Shown piece by piece: positions 37,747-48,689 of a DNA stretch of 64,000 nucleotides (its first letter is position 1; each line of letters begins with the position of its first letter). Location: the NCBI GenBank assembly GCA_964583625.1, contig CAZOVA010000001.1, positions 480 to 64,479 on the forward strand, read 5' to 3'. The position numbers were made by a program, and so were the translations under genes. Source of the DNA: an uncultured Pseudomonadales bacterium (lineage in GTDB: Bacteria; Patescibacteriota; Microgenomatia; UBA1400; PJMF01). The notes below the pieces were generated by a model. It was not told the origin of the DNA and did no database searches. It was given only the letters and a program-made list of their open reading frames with translations.

Positions 37747-38715
37747 TTAATGGTCAGCAAGGTTGTTCTTTTTAGTCTCTATCAGGAACTGGTTATCTTC
37801 AAGAACTAGAGTTATTTGCCCGTCTTGGTCAGTCCTTAAAATTTGACTATTAATCTCCTTTAATCTTTCTAATACTTCTATGCTTGGATGTCCAAATCGG
37901 TTTTTTTCACCAACACTAATCAAAGAAATTTCGGGTCTAACAATGGATAAAAAATGAGCTGAAGTTGATGTTTTTGACCCATGATGGGCTATTTTTAGCC
38001 AATTACTTTTCTTTAGCAATCCAGAGTTTATAATTGCTAATTCTACATCTTGGTTTATATCCCCAGTTAATATAATATTTTTGTGAACAATATTCATATT
38101 TATAACTATAGATCCATTATTATTTTCACTATCTATATGATCACTTTTTTTTAAAATATCCCATAATATGGATAATTCATACTTATAGGAGAAAATTTCT
38201 CCAGGCTTATTTTTTTGATCATGCCACAAAATTTCTAAGCAAATCGTTTCCGCTTCACACCATTTTTGCGCCAAAACAGGGTAAACAACTTCCAGTCCTT
38301 CTGTCTCTATTTTTTTCCAGACTAGCTCATAAAAGTCTAAAAATAAATTTGTCTTCTTAAAAACATCGTTTATTAATAGTTTTTTAACTCGGTAATTCTT
38401 AAAAACATCTATTAATCCAGACAGATGATCAGAGTCAGCATGAGTTAAGACCACTAGTTCTATTTCTTTGTCACTCTTTGGGATCATTTTACTCAAGCAG
38501 TGGACAATTGATGCGTCTGGACCTCCATCAATTAGAATTTGTGTCCTCTCTTGGGTAATTAAAATAGCATCTCCTTGACCAACATTGCATAAAGTAACTC
38601 TGGGGGAGTCATCTAATAAAAGCCTTTTTTTATCTGAAAGTGTGACGCAAAAAGCATAAAGCCAGAACAAGATTAATATCCAGACAAGAACTTTAGACTG
38701 AGAAAGTTTCCACAT
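37747..38715 (-). CDS. ComEC C-terminal metallo-beta-lactamase domain protein
   Basis: NVGQGDA, LIDGG, THADSDH, LTGD, KIAHHGS, SVG..N.FGHP and RTD..G. Confidence 0.9.
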   Translation of the reverse strand: MWKLSQSKVLVWILILFWLYAFCVTLSDKKRLLLDDSPRVTLCNVGQGDAILITQERTQILIDGGPDASIVHCLSKMIPKSDKEIELVVLTHADSDHLSGLIDVFKNYRVKKLLINDVFKKTNLFLDFYELVWKKIETEGLEVVYPVLAQKWCEAETICLEILWHDQKNKPGEIFSYKYELSILWDILKKSDHIDSENNNGSIVINMNIVHKNIILTGDINQDVELAIINSGLLKKSNWLKIAHHGSKTSTSAHFLSIVRPEISLISVGEKNRFGHPSIEVLERLKEINSQILRTDQDGQITLVLEDNQFLIETKKNNLADH

Positions 38716-40078
38716 AAGTAAAACGATTAATAGTCCTTTTCCTATATAAATAAAGCCCTAAGAACAAGAAAAAATAATAAAAGAAGATTATATTTTTCGG
38801 TATTTCCCAATCAAAAGGCAAAAGTCCTCCAAAAAAACCAGAATAAAAATAGAATATTTTATAAAATAAAGACGAAAGTTTCTCAAGATAAAAGGCTAAA
38901 GGGAAAATAATAAGTTTGTCAACAATTTCTTCTAAAAAATTAGGAGTAAAAAGAAAAACAACTAAAAAATTCGTGCTTAAGACAACAATTAGCGTAATTA
39001 AAAAGGAAAATACTAGATTAGAAATTATGCCAGACCAAGCAATTTCATGAAAAAAGGCTATTACAATCGGTAAAGTAAATAATTGCGCGGCTGAAGAAAC
39101 CAGAATGGCCTCTTTAAGACCTTTAATCATTAATTTAAACCAAGACCTTCTCCTATTATATAAATCTAAGCTAATAATTTCATTTTTTATTTCTTCAATT
39201 TTATGAAAATTATTGCTAACAAGAATGACTCCAAGAGTAGCAAAAAAACTTAAAAGAAAGCCCACATTTGTTATATTTAAGATCATTTTATTAAACATTA
39301 TTACAAAAGCTAAAAATAAACCCAAAAAACTATTTGTCTGTTTATAAAAAAAATACCTACCAATAAAGGAAAAAGTCCACATTATCCCAGCTCTCAAAAC
39401 AGATAATGGACTGCCAACCAATAAAATATAAAATATTAAACCAGACAGAGAAAGACAAAGAAACACTTTTCTATTATTAATAGGCTTGCAAATCGCTCCC
39501 CAAACTGACATAATTAAACTCAAATGGAATCCAGATACAGCAACCATATGAGATAGCCCTATTTCAGATATTTGTTGCTTAAGCTCTTGATCAAAGTCAA
39601 AAGCCCTATTTCCTAGAGTAAGAGAAGTAATGAGTTGAAAACTGTCATTTTGAAAGTGACTTCTAAGAAAAAAAAGGAGTTTTTGTTGAATGTCATCAAC
39701 TCTTTTTTGCAAAATAATAAATTTTTTGTTCATTAAATCAAAAAACGAAAGTTTATTTTTATCTTTTATAAAAAATTCTTCTACATCAATATTATTTTGA
39801 TAATTAATTTTATTATCAATCAAACTATTTACAGTGCCAATTATCGTATAATGTTCTCCAATTTTCATGTTTTTACAATCCTCTATTTTGAAACTAAAGC
39901 CTGGTTTGATCTGAAAATAACAATTTTGAGGAAGAGAAAGCAAAAAAAATTCGAGCTCAATTTTTTGTCGATGATGATAAATTAATTTTCGTCTTATTAT
40001 TATATAGTTACTTAAAGATAAGGTAATTAAAATAAAAATAAATATCAAACTATATTTTTTAGTTCTATTTTTTTTCAT
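38693..40078 (-). CDS. comEC: ComEC/Rec2 competence channel domain protein
   Basis: GLSHMVAVSGFH, SVLRAGIM, GFLLSFFAT and AQLFTLP. Confidence 0.9.
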   Translation of the reverse strand: MKKNRTKKYSLIFIFILITLSLSNYIIIRRKLIYHHRQKIELEFFLLSLPQNCYFQIKPGFSFKIEDCKNMKIGEHYTIIGTVNSLIDNKINYQNNIDVEEFFIKDKNKLSFFDLMNKKFIILQKRVDDIQQKLLFFLRSHFQNDSFQLITSLTLGNRAFDFDQELKQQISEIGLSHMVAVSGFHLSLIMSVWGAICKPINNRKVFLCLSLSGLIFYILLVGSPLSVLRAGIMWTFSFIGRYFFYKQTNSFLGLFLAFVIMFNKMILNITNVGFLLSFFATLGVILVSNNFHKIEEIKNEIISLDLYNRRRSWFKLMIKGLKEAILVSSAAQLFTLPIVIAFFHEIAWSGIISNLVFSFLITLIVVLSTNFLVVFLFTPNFLEEIVDKLIIFPLAFYLEKLSSLFYKIFYFYSGFFGGLLPFDWEIPKNIIFFYYFFLFLGLYLYRKRTINRFTYVETFSV

Positions 40079-40116
40079 AATATTTTTTATTTTTATAAAA
40101 CGAAACTTTCTCTAAT

Positions 40117-40758
40117 CTATAGAGAGAGCACTCCCTTATTATCAATAAAAATGCTTTCAGTAATAATTTTTTTACTGATTAGCTCTTCTACCTCATGATA
40201 GGGTCTACCATCAATTATTTTCTGGGCTCTTACTTCTCCTATTCCTGTAAGTGTCATCAATTCACTTAGTGGGGCGTTATTAATCGACACTAAATCATCT
40301 ATTTCAGCCTTTTTATTCTCAACTCCAATTACTTCATCTTTAAAAGATAAAACTTCGTTTTTATAGGGAATATAGTATTTTTTGCCATCACTAAGCTTTT
40401 CAGCTAAATTTAAATTCTTTTGCAGCCACCAATTATCAACTTCCGAAGTTTTAAATCCTCCTGCGAGAACAATTAAATCTGCTAGTCTGGAGGTGCTCTC
40501 CAATTGATAGGCTCCTGGATAATTAATCCCTCCGCCTATATCGACTACGATCAAGGAACTTAAAAAATTTGATTTTATAGTCTTGATGTTGTCTTTTGGT
40601 TCTTTTTCTAAAGTAAAAATTTCTTGAGAAAAGATGGGTGTCTGATTAATGAAAAAGGTAAGGCTAAACATAACTAATCCTAAGAGGATAAGGGTTGTGG
40701 CTGCGCTAATTAGAATTTTTTTTCTATTTTCCTTGTATTTATTTAGAAAATTTCGCAT
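40117..40758 (-). CDS. comEA: ComEA DNA receptor (SLBB + helix-hairpin-helix)
   Basis: VDIGGGINYPGAYQL, NLAEKLSDG and INNA...LMTLTGIGEVRAQKII..RPY. Confidence 0.9.
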   Translation of the reverse strand: MRNFLNKYKENRKKILISAATTLILLGLVMFSLTFFINQTPIFSQEIFTLEKEPKDNIKTIKSNFLSSLIVVDIGGGINYPGAYQLESTSRLADLIVLAGGFKTSEVDNWWLQKNLNLAEKLSDGKKYYIPYKNEVLSFKDEVIGVENKKAEIDDLVSINNAPLSELMTLTGIGEVRAQKIIDGRPYHEVEELISKKIITESIFIDNKGVLSL

Positions 40759-40879
40759 ATCTTTTGCCTTTCTTAAGATAAGATAGAGTAAAAAAATAAC
40801 AAAAATGTGATAATTCTTTTAAAAGCTAAGTTTTCACCTTTTTTTGGGTATAAATATTTGTCATTATCTTTTTATTTTT

Positions 40880-40934
40880 ATTAACGCATAATTAATGCAA
40901 TATTAACGCATAATCTAGAAAGATTATTAATGCA
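40880..40934 (+). repeat. Phased ATTAAyGCA direct repeats (40880, 40891, 40902, 40926)
   Basis: Four 9-bp copies, the first three at an exact 11-bp period; a further copy at 41720. Confidence 0.7.
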
Positions 40935-41942
40935 AAAATACAAATTTTATTATTAATAGATCAAAATTAACTTAATTGGTTGATTAGAAAAAGTAAAAAA
41001 AATAAACCAAATAAAAGCCTGAATGAGGGTTTTATTTATTTAAAAAATGTAAAAAGCATAAATACCAGACGAAAACAAGGTTGGACGGACGTTCTGATCG
41101 CTAAACTACGATTTTTTACCTTAAAGAAAAAAGCGAATAGAATATTAATAAAATACGAAAATAAATTAAGGTTTCTAACAAAAATTTTTATAATAAAAAA
41201 AGATATTTTTTCATTGATTTTTAGCACTAATTATCAAAAATTTTTATATAGCACAGATGTTATTTGTTTGCTAATAAGGGAGGAAGAAAAAATAATAGAA
41301 AAACATTTTATTTTAAACAATTTTCGCTTTTAATAAAAATAAGCTCAGTTATTCTAAGGGAGAACCTTAAAGGATTTTAGCATAAAAAGTTTTTGTTCTA
41401 TTGCTTTCTTCCCTTTACTCAGGTTAAGCCTAAGATTTTGACCTTTTTTATTAAAAGAACTGCTTATTTAGACTTAAAGACCTGCTTTCACCTCTCATAG
41501 ATCCTATTTAGAGAGTTCTTATTAATCTGTATTTAGACAAAATTTTAATTTAACCGTATATTTGTTTTTGATTAAAAAAATAATTTTTTATTGGAAGTCA
41601 TTGTTCATTATCAATTTTTTTAATTAATAATTTAAATTTTCAATTAAATTATTAAATTATTTTTTGCGATAATATTTTAAAACTAGGCTATAAATAATCT
41701 CAAAAATTGCTTTAATAAAATTAACGCATTAAATGCATGTAAAAACTTATTAAATAAAATTAATAAATAAGCTAAATTAATAAAATTTTGTGACGAAAAT
41801 ATTTTAAGCGGTAAAAAATAGTACGACTTGTAATAAAAAGATTAATTTGCTAGAATGAATTGTTTGAAAATTTAATAGGGTTTTACTAAACTTTATGAAT
41901 AATTGATTATTAAAGATTATTAAATAACAATTTTTTATCAAA

Positions 41943-43826
41943 ATGAAACAAAAAACACTAATTAATTCTTTCCTCTCCTTATCTAGTTTGGCCGCTTTTC
42001 TATTGATAGTGGCGACCTTAATTATTACTTTTTTCTCTCCTCCCTTTTTTACTCAAGAACCGGCGAACTTAGCTTTTTTATTCTCATTTCTTGGTGGCGC
42101 TTTAATGGCAATTTTATTGTTTGTCACCACTATAAGAAGAAAAAAAATCTTGCTTAATATCACCCCGCTCTCTCCTACCCTAATTTACCTCACTTTGACC
42201 GTTTTATTGGCTGTTTTTATCAAACATTCTCACTCTCCCACTCTCTCCTTTCTTGGTTTGGCTGGTCTATTGATTAATTTTTCCCTACTTAGTCTTTTGT
42301 CTAGCGCTCTAATTAAAAAAAATAATGCCTTAATCGTAGTAAAAATAATTTTAGCTTTTGCTCTTCTTTCTACTTTAATACTACTGGCACAAAGCTTAGG
42401 TATTACATCTAATTTGAAGATAGGACAATTCTTCAATCAAGACCCATTAATGTTAATTGGGGTTATAGTTTTAGGCTTAGCAACAGTTTTTTTCCGTTAT
42501 TTTAAAAAAAATAGACTCTCTTCTAGAGCCCTGATTCTAGTTCCCATTTTCATTTTAGGTTTGGCTGCTGGCATCTTCAATTTTTATCAACAAAAAAACT
42601 TCCAGAGTTTAGATTTGTCAACTAGCATAGAGGTTTTAAACAAAAGTCTTACTTTCTCAGACAGTTCAACCTTGCCCTTTTCTCAGATACTTTTTGGCCA
42701 AAAACATCGAACTTACACTGATTTGTTCTTCAATCTTTCTCCAAAAAGCTTTAGTTCCAACTTTTCAGGAGCAATCCAGTCTTTTAACCTAGCTCTTACT
42801 GTTCTACCTCTTTTAGGCTTGGTAGTTTTTGTTTCTTGGCTAGCTTTAGTTTTAAAGACTGTATTTTTAGCTCTCGACAAAAAAAATAAAGAGAGAAACT
42901 ATTTGTTTTTTATTTTATTGGCTAGTTTTGCTATCCAACTTTTTACTCCTATCTATCCTTTCTTCTTAATTTTGCAGGCCTTTATTATTGCTTTCACTAC
43001 GGACAAGAATAAAGAAACAGTCATAAACCTTAATGTTGCTACCACTTTTACCAAAAAAGACGGGCAAAAAGAAATCTCTAAAAAGGAAAAAGGCTCTTTT
43101 GTTTTAGCTCTGTTTTTTTTAATTATTCTTTTACCTTTTGGCTTTTCTCTCGTCAGGATAGGAAAAAGTTACTTAGGTTATTTTTACGCTCAAAAAGCTC
43201 TCACCTATGATTATGATTTGCAGAGCTTTGATCGATATGCCCAAAAGGCACAAAGGATGGCTCCCTTTATCGATTATTTCAATCGATTGATGGCAATCTC
43301 TAGTTTGGAAAAACTGGTAACAACTATTCAACAAGACCCTCAAAAAACAAATTTGGAAGTAGAACGAGATCTGGCACAACAGGCAATTGAGTTTAGTCAA
43401 AAAGCAGCTGACATTTCTCCTCTTCATGCTCCCAATCTGATTACCAAAGGGGCTATTTACCAGGAAATTAGTCAATATAACTCCAATAAAGAACAGACTA
43501 ATAACCAGGCGGTGAGTTCTTATGCCTCTGCTATTCTCACGCAACCATATAATCCAAATCTCTATTTACAACTAGCCTCTCTTTATCAACTTAATGAGGA
43601 GTTAGATTTGGCTCTCAGTTTATGTCAAGAAGCTTTGAAAGTGCAAAATGACTATCTGCCAGCTGTTTACCAACTAGCCCAGCTTTATCAACTAAAAGGT
43701 GAAAAGCTGCTAGCCGAAAAAACTTATATTCAAGTTCAGCAGTTGTTAGATCAAAAAAGTCCAGATTATCAAACAAATTTTCAACTAATTCAATATCACC
43801 TTGATCAATTGAGGGCTGATGACTAA
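41943..43826 (+). CDS. Polytopic membrane protein (O-antigen-ligase-like) with C-terminal TPRs
   Basis: About 11 TM segments, then TPR helices (YASAILTQPYNPNLYLQLASLY, EALKVQNDYLPAVYQLAQLY). Confidence 0.7.
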   Translation: MKQKTLINSFLSLSSLAAFLLIVATLIITFFSPPFFTQEPANLAFLFSFLGGALMAILLFVTTIRRKKILLNITPLSPTLIYLTLTVLLAVFIKHSHSPTLSFLGLAGLLINFSLLSLLSSALIKKNNALIVVKIILAFALLSTLILLAQSLGITSNLKIGQFFNQDPLMLIGVIVLGLATVFFRYFKKNRLSSRALILVPIFILGLAAGIFNFYQQKNFQSLDLSTSIEVLNKSLTFSDSSTLPFSQILFGQKHRTYTDLFFNLSPKSFSSNFSGAIQSFNLALTVLPLLGLVVFVSWLALVLKTVFLALDKKNKERNYLFFILLASFAIQLFTPIYPFFLILQAFIIAFTTDKNKETVINLNVATTFTKKDGQKEISKKEKGSFVLALFFLIILLPFGFSLVRIGKSYLGYFYAQKALTYDYDLQSFDRYAQKAQRMAPFIDYFNRLMAISSLEKLVTTIQQDPQKTNLEVERDLAQQAIEFSQKAADISPLHAPNLITKGAIYQEISQYNSNKEQTNNQAVSSYASAILTQPYNPNLYLQLASLYQLNEELDLALSLCQEALKVQNDYLPAVYQLAQLYQLKGEKLLAEKTYIQVQQLLDQKSPDYQTNFQLIQYHLDQLRADD

Positions 43827-45082
43827 TTTAGGTGTGATTGTTTACTGTTTTGAGCAAGAACTTTTTTAAGTTCCTCTAGTCCTTCTCCAGTTATTGCACT
43901 GACTAAAAGGACTTCTTCTTTTTTTTCTAAAAAACTGCTTTTAATTTCTTCTTTTAATTCTTGACTATAAAGATCTGACTTGTTGATAATAATTAGACTT
44001 TTTTTATCTAATAAAGATTTTTTATAAGAACTTAGCTCTTTTTTTATTTCCTCAAGTTGTTTGTACAAATCTTTGGCTTTTATTTGGTTATTTTTACTAT
44101 AATCAAAAATCTCCGATTCATTTAAACTCAAAACAAAAACTAAAAACTGAGTGTTTTGGATATGACGCAAAAAACTAAATCCCAGCCCTTTTCCTTGGTG
44201 AGCTCCATCAATTAATCCTGGAATGTCTGCCAAGACCAAATTTAGGCCTTTTTTCAAAGGTAAAACCCCCAAATTCGGCTCCAAGGTTGTAAAAGGATAA
44301 TTAGCTACTCTTGGTTCAGCTCTGGTCAATTTTTTCAATAAGGAGCTTTTCCCTACATTAGGAAAACCAACCAAACCAATATCAGCTAGCAGCCGTGATT
44401 CTAAAAAAACCAACTTTTGCTCACCAAAACTGCCATACTCAGCCTCTAGAGGGGTTGTGTTGATAGAGCTTTTGAAGGAGGTGTTTCCTCGACCTCCAAA
44501 ACCTCCCTGAACTAGAATCAGTTTATCTGTTTTTTTATTAAGATTTGCTATTTTTACTATCTTACCTTTGCTCGCTGGGAAAAACTCACTCTCCTTGTCC
44601 TCAATCTCTTGATGTAAATAAGAAAGGAAGTCTGCCGAAGTGTCACCGCCGATCAAATTGTCCTGCTCTCTTGGTGGAGCTGAGCCTTGTTCTTTTTCTA
44701 AAAAATATTTTTTCCAGACCAACTCATCTCTTTTAAGTTTTTTTTGCAAACCATATTTTTCTCTTCTAAACCAAGAAGCACCGTTTTCTTCGATCAGCCA
44801 AATAAGGGTTCCTCTGGGAACTTTTAAGTTTATATCAGCACCATTAGTACCAGTTTTATCAAACTTTCCCCCAAAACCACCATCTTGAGCTAAAAAAATT
44901 TTTTTTCCAGAAAAATGTTGTAGGGTGTTTAAGTTTTCATCAACTTCAATAGTGATATTCCCTCCATCTCCGCCTCTTCCTCCATTTGGCCCCCCTTTTA
45001 AAATTTTTCCGCTTCGAAAAAAAGAAACTCTTCCGTCCCCGCCGTCACCAGCTTTTAAAAAAAGCTTTACTAGATCTATCAT
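43823..45082 (-). CDS. obgE: GTPase Obg/CgtA
   Basis: AGDGGDG, GGPNGGRGGDGG, GFPNVGKS, YPFTT, DIPG and NKSD. Confidence 0.97.
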   Translation of the reverse strand: MIDLVKLFLKAGDGGDGRVSFFRSGKILKGGPNGGRGGDGGNITIEVDENLNTLQHFSGKKIFLAQDGGFGGKFDKTGTNGADINLKVPRGTLIWLIEENGASWFRREKYGLQKKLKRDELVWKKYFLEKEQGSAPPREQDNLIGGDTSADFLSYLHQEIEDKESEFFPASKGKIVKIANLNKKTDKLILVQGGFGGRGNTSFKSSINTTPLEAEYGSFGEQKLVFLESRLLADIGLVGFPNVGKSSLLKKLTRAEPRVANYPFTTLEPNLGVLPLKKGLNLVLADIPGLIDGAHQGKGLGFSFLRHIQNTQFLVFVLSLNESEIFDYSKNNQIKAKDLYKQLEEIKKELSSYKKSLLDKKSLIIINKSDLYSQELKEEIKSSFLEKKEEVLLVSAITGEGLEELKKVLAQNSKQSHLN

Positions 45083-45086
45083 ATTT

Positions 45087-46208
45087 TTATTTTAAATTAT
45101 CTAAAGGATTTAATAAAACATTGTCCTGACGAATCTCAAAGTGTAAATGACGACCAGTGGAGCGACCGGTGCTTCCCATTTGACCAATAACATCCCCTTT
45201 ATTCACTGTTTGACCCTCAACTACCTGTAAAACGCTCATGTGAGCGTAAAGAGTTTTAGCTCCATTACCATGATCGACAATAATACGATTACCGTAACCA
45301 TGGGTGTCCCAACCAGAGTTGGTGACAGTGCCGCTTTCGGCAGCTAAAATAGCCCCGCTTCCGGCGATATCAATAGCTTTATGATAAAAGCTATAACCTT
45401 GAGAAATAACACCAGCTGCTGGCCAAACAAAACTGCCAGTAGCGCTCACCGCGCCAGCACTTGGTGTCAAACGACCCGCAAAAGTAGCTGTTGGCGTGGT
45501 AGCTTTTAGCTTTACCCCTCCTGGCACCATTAAATACTGCCCTGTAGCTAATTCAAAAGTTTCATTATTAACAAAATCATTAAAAGGAAAATCGACGATT
45601 GCCTGAACGGCTGCATCCTTGATGCCGTATTTTTTACCAATACTGACAACTGTTTCTCCTTTGGCCACCTTGTGACGGATGCCGTCAATAGGAAGAATTC
45701 TTAATTCTTGGTCAACTTTTAGTTTGGAGTTCTCGGTTAAATTGTTTTCCCAAAGGATGGTCTCCTTTTTCAGACCATAGCGGTCAGCAATACTAGACAA
45801 AGTTTCACCTTCGGTCACCTTGTGAATTGTGACTTCTCCCCCTCTTAATTGGCGAACCTCTTCGGCCTGCATGGTATAAAAGCTGACTTCTTCGGCACTA
45901 GCCACTCCTAATACATTTTTATTTACTCCCCCATCATTACTGACACTGGGGTTGAAAATTAAAGGAGCTACAAAAAAGACAGCAAAAATCGTAGCAATAG
46001 CCCCAAGATGAAGAATCGGACGAGAATATTTTCCTCTCTGACGATAAAGACTGTTAACCATTACGTCTTTGGCTGATTCAAAATAAGAAAAGGGCAAATA
46101 AATTCGACTCTTGAGGTAACGATAAAGAAAATTTATATAGGAATTAAAGTCCGACAATAAAGCGGGTCTTTTAAATAGTTGATTTTTCTTTTTTATCTGC
46201 AACTTCAT
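45087..46208 (-). CDS. LysM x2 + M23 metallopeptidase
   Basis: HKVTEGETLSSIA, HKAIDIA, YAHMS and GSTGRSTGRHLHFE. Confidence 0.93.
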   Translation of the reverse strand: MKLQIKKKNQLFKRPALLSDFNSYINFLYRYLKSRIYLPFSYFESAKDVMVNSLYRQRGKYSRPILHLGAIATIFAVFFVAPLIFNPSVSNDGGVNKNVLGVASAEEVSFYTMQAEEVRQLRGGEVTIHKVTEGETLSSIADRYGLKKETILWENNLTENSKLKVDQELRILPIDGIRHKVAKGETVVSIGKKYGIKDAAVQAIVDFPFNDFVNNETFELATGQYLMVPGGVKLKATTPTATFAGRLTPSAGAVSATGSFVWPAAGVISQGYSFYHKAIDIAGSGAILAAESGTVTNSGWDTHGYGNRIIVDHGNGAKTLYAHMSVLQVVEGQTVNKGDVIGQMGSTGRSTGRHLHFEIRQDNVLLNPLDNLK

Positions 46209-46231
46209 TACTCTTCATTATAACTTATAAA

Positions 46232-47521
46232 TTATTTACGTAAGCTTTGCAAAAATTCTTTATTATTCTTTGTTCTCTTCATCTGTGATAACAAAGTCAT
46301 AGTTCTTTCATCTTTGTCTAGAGTATCTAACATTCTTTGAAGAGTAAGAACTGCTTGATAGGTCACAGGGTCAATCAGTAGATCGTCTCGACGAGTTCCA
46401 GACTTTTGCACCTCAATAGCGGGGTAAATTCTCCTCTCAGCTAGTCGACGATCCAAATGAATCTCTTGATTTCCTGTGCCTTTAAATTCTTCATAAACTA
46501 AATCATCCATTCTAGAACCAGTATCAACCAAAGCTGTGCCGACAATCGTAAGCGAGCCGGCAGTTTCAAAATTACGAGCTGCTCCAAAAAATCTCTTTGG
46601 GGGGAAAAGAGCTGCTGGATCAAAACCGCCAGAGAGAGTTCTGCCGGAAGTAGGAATTGAAAGATTATAAGCTCTAGCAAGTCTAGTAATTGAATCTAAG
46701 AGAATAACCACATCTTTGCCTCTTTCTACCAAGCGCTTGGCTCTTTCCAAAGCCAGCTCTGCTACCCGACATTGGACATCTGCCGCTTCATCAAAATTGC
46801 TAGCCGCAACCTCTCCTTTGCCCTGAGTAATTTTCTCAATATGACGTCTCATGTCTGTCACTTCCTCTGGTCTCTCACCAATTAGAACGGCCATCAAGTG
46901 TATTTCTGGATAGTTACTAGCCACTCCAGTACTAATTTCCTTTAAAAAAGTGGTTTTACCAGCTTTGGGGGGAGAAACAATCAAACTTCTCTGTCCTTTA
47001 CCGATAGGAGCAACTAAGTCAACAATTCTAGTTGAAAGAGGTTCAGTTTCAGTTTCCAGCTTAATCTGTTCATCTGGATAAACAGGGGTTAGAGTCTGAA
47101 ATTTCACTGATTCCTGTTTTAAAAAATCTGCTAAAGGAGAATCATTAACTTTGTCAATAGAGATTAAACCCCAGTAACGATCATTCTCTTTTGGTTCTCT
47201 AGCTATCCCTTCAATAATATCTCCACTTCTTAATTTATATTTCCTAATTAAACTCGCAGGAATATAAACGTCATTTTCATTTTCTCCATAATTCACCCTA
47301 GCAATCCCTAAATTTTCTCTTAAAATTTCTAACACTCCTCTCATTGGACGAGTTTTTTTGTCAAAATCAGCTTTTACTTCTATAGGAACCTTGGCGGGGT
47401 TGTAGTTTTTATTAATTACTACTCCCTTGGTAATTTTAGTTATTACTGGCTGAGAATTTGCTGAGGGAACAATCAATTTTTTAGCTAAATTAGAGCTAAT
47501 TTTTGTCTCTGTTATATCCAT
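46232..47521 (-). CDS. rho: Transcription termination factor Rho
   Basis: [35 protein letters not shown] and EEFKGTGN. Confidence 0.98.
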   Translation of the reverse strand: MDITETKISSNLAKKLIVPSANSQPVITKITKGVVINKNYNPAKVPIEVKADFDKKTRPMRGVLEILRENLGIARVNYGENENDVYIPASLIRKYKLRSGDIIEGIAREPKENDRYWGLISIDKVNDSPLADFLKQESVKFQTLTPVYPDEQIKLETETEPLSTRIVDLVAPIGKGQRSLIVSPPKAGKTTFLKEISTGVASNYPEIHLMAVLIGERPEEVTDMRRHIEKITQGKGEVAASNFDEAADVQCRVAELALERAKRLVERGKDVVILLDSITRLARAYNLSIPTSGRTLSGGFDPAALFPPKRFFGAARNFETAGSLTIVGTALVDTGSRMDDLVYEEFKGTGNQEIHLDRRLAERRIYPAIEVQKSGTRRDDLLIDPVTYQAVLTLQRMLDTLDKDERTMTLLSQMKRTKNNKEFLQSLRK

Positions 47522-47638
47522 TTTTTCCTTTTCTAGAAAACTATCATAATTATCTTGAGCTAAACAAAGGGCTCAATCAACATATACTTTTTGGAAAATT
47601 CTTCGGCTGTCGATTAAACAGCGAAATATTAACCATAT

Positions 47639-47666
47639 ATTATAACAAATTTTAATAAAATGTCAA
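47639..47666 (-). promoter_or_regulatory. Sigma70 promoter of rho, giving a ~110-nt leader
   Basis: TTGACA 47661-47666, 16 nt spacer, TG-t-TATAAT 47639-47644. Confidence 0.75.
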
Positions 47667-47688
47667 GTAAAAAGACATTGTTTTTATT

Positions 47689-48507
47689 TTATTCTTCATT
47701 AATCAGGTTGGCGTAAACGAAAAGTCTTAGGTCATTGTCCCACCAAAAAATACAGGTATACATTACCAGATCTGCTTCATTCTCGGTAATACTAGTGGCT
47801 TTCTCTATTTTGTAAATTTGATAAAACCACTGTTTCTGATTGTCCGTGATAATTACTTGGTCTCCAATATTTACCTTGTCTAAATTTTGAAAAGTTTGAC
47901 TATTCTGTTTTTTTGAGGTCAACATATTGTAGTGATGTCCAGCTAAAATAACGGGTTCTTCCCAATGGCCATATTTATTAAATTCAGGGTAAGCATAAAT
48001 TCCCTGATCAAGAATCTTTTTTACTTCTTTATCATCCTCAATGTTTTGATTGGTGAGAATTTCTGCATCAATTCCTGCCGAATCAATTTTTAACCATTGC
48101 CCTGCAGGAGCATTAAGGTCATATTTTGGTTTAATTTTTCTAGCCGCTACCGCCGTCGCTTCCATCTCAGGCACAACTGACAAAATTATTTGCTCCGAAC
48201 CGTGAGAATTTTCGTTTTGATATAATTCTCCAGCTTTAATCAAACTATTATTAAGATTGGGGAAAAGTTTAAATGTTAGCTGGGGTAAAAAATAGACAGC
48301 AAAAGACAAAATTCCTAAAAATAAAAATATATTCAAAGAGGCTTTGATGACCGTTCTTTTCCAACTACTTTTTTTCTCGATATTTTGCGCTGGAATTGTA
48401 GTAAAAAATTGCTCATTAAAAAATAACTGACGCATTGTCGGGAAGCGCTGGTGAAGAAAGTTTTGATTAGGTTCTAGTCTGGAACTGATCGCAAGCATAT
48501 CGATCAC
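47689..48507 (-). CDS. Sortase-family protein (start uncertain)
   Basis: TM anchor, LKIDSAGID, ILAGHH, FQNLDKVNIGD, LVMYTC and a downstream Arg (His-Cys-Arg triad). Confidence 0.8.
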   Translation of the reverse strand: MIDMLAISSRLEPNQNFLHQRFPTMRQLFFNEQFFTTIPAQNIEKKSSWKRTVIKASLNIFLFLGILSFAVYFLPQLTFKLFPNLNNSLIKAGELYQNENSHGSEQIILSVVPEMEATAVAARKIKPKYDLNAPAGQWLKIDSAGIDAEILTNQNIEDDKEVKKILDQGIYAYPEFNKYGHWEEPVILAGHHYNMLTSKKQNSQTFQNLDKVNIGDQVIITDNQKQWFYQIYKIEKATSITENEADLVMYTCIFWWDNDLRLFVYANLINEE

Positions 48508-48689
48508 AAATCATAGCATCTTTCCCTAAAAAAGTCAATAATTATAGGCCAGTGAAAAAAATTATTTGTAGCTTAAATTTGTACAAAACTCTAAATTTTT
48601 CCCTGATTAAACTAAAATTGCACTATTTTTAACTAAAAAGTTATATAAAGTGAGAGTTTACAAAATAAAAAAATCGTTTATCATAGGGG

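Noticed and set aside
37747-40078. Split comEC as a pseudogene
   Set aside because: Both halves keep their motifs and have their own starts with overlapping ends; separate channel and MBL genes are a known arrangement.
40880-40934. Possible dif site or CRISPR remnant
   Set aside because: GCATAAT resembles a XerC arm, but there is no XerD arm at 6-bp spacing; repeats are 9 bp with no spacers.
40980-41333. 117-aa ORF (and antisense 41036-41227) in the AT-rich spacer
   Set aside because: TTG start, no SD, and K/I/N/F composition expected from AT-rich non-coding DNA.
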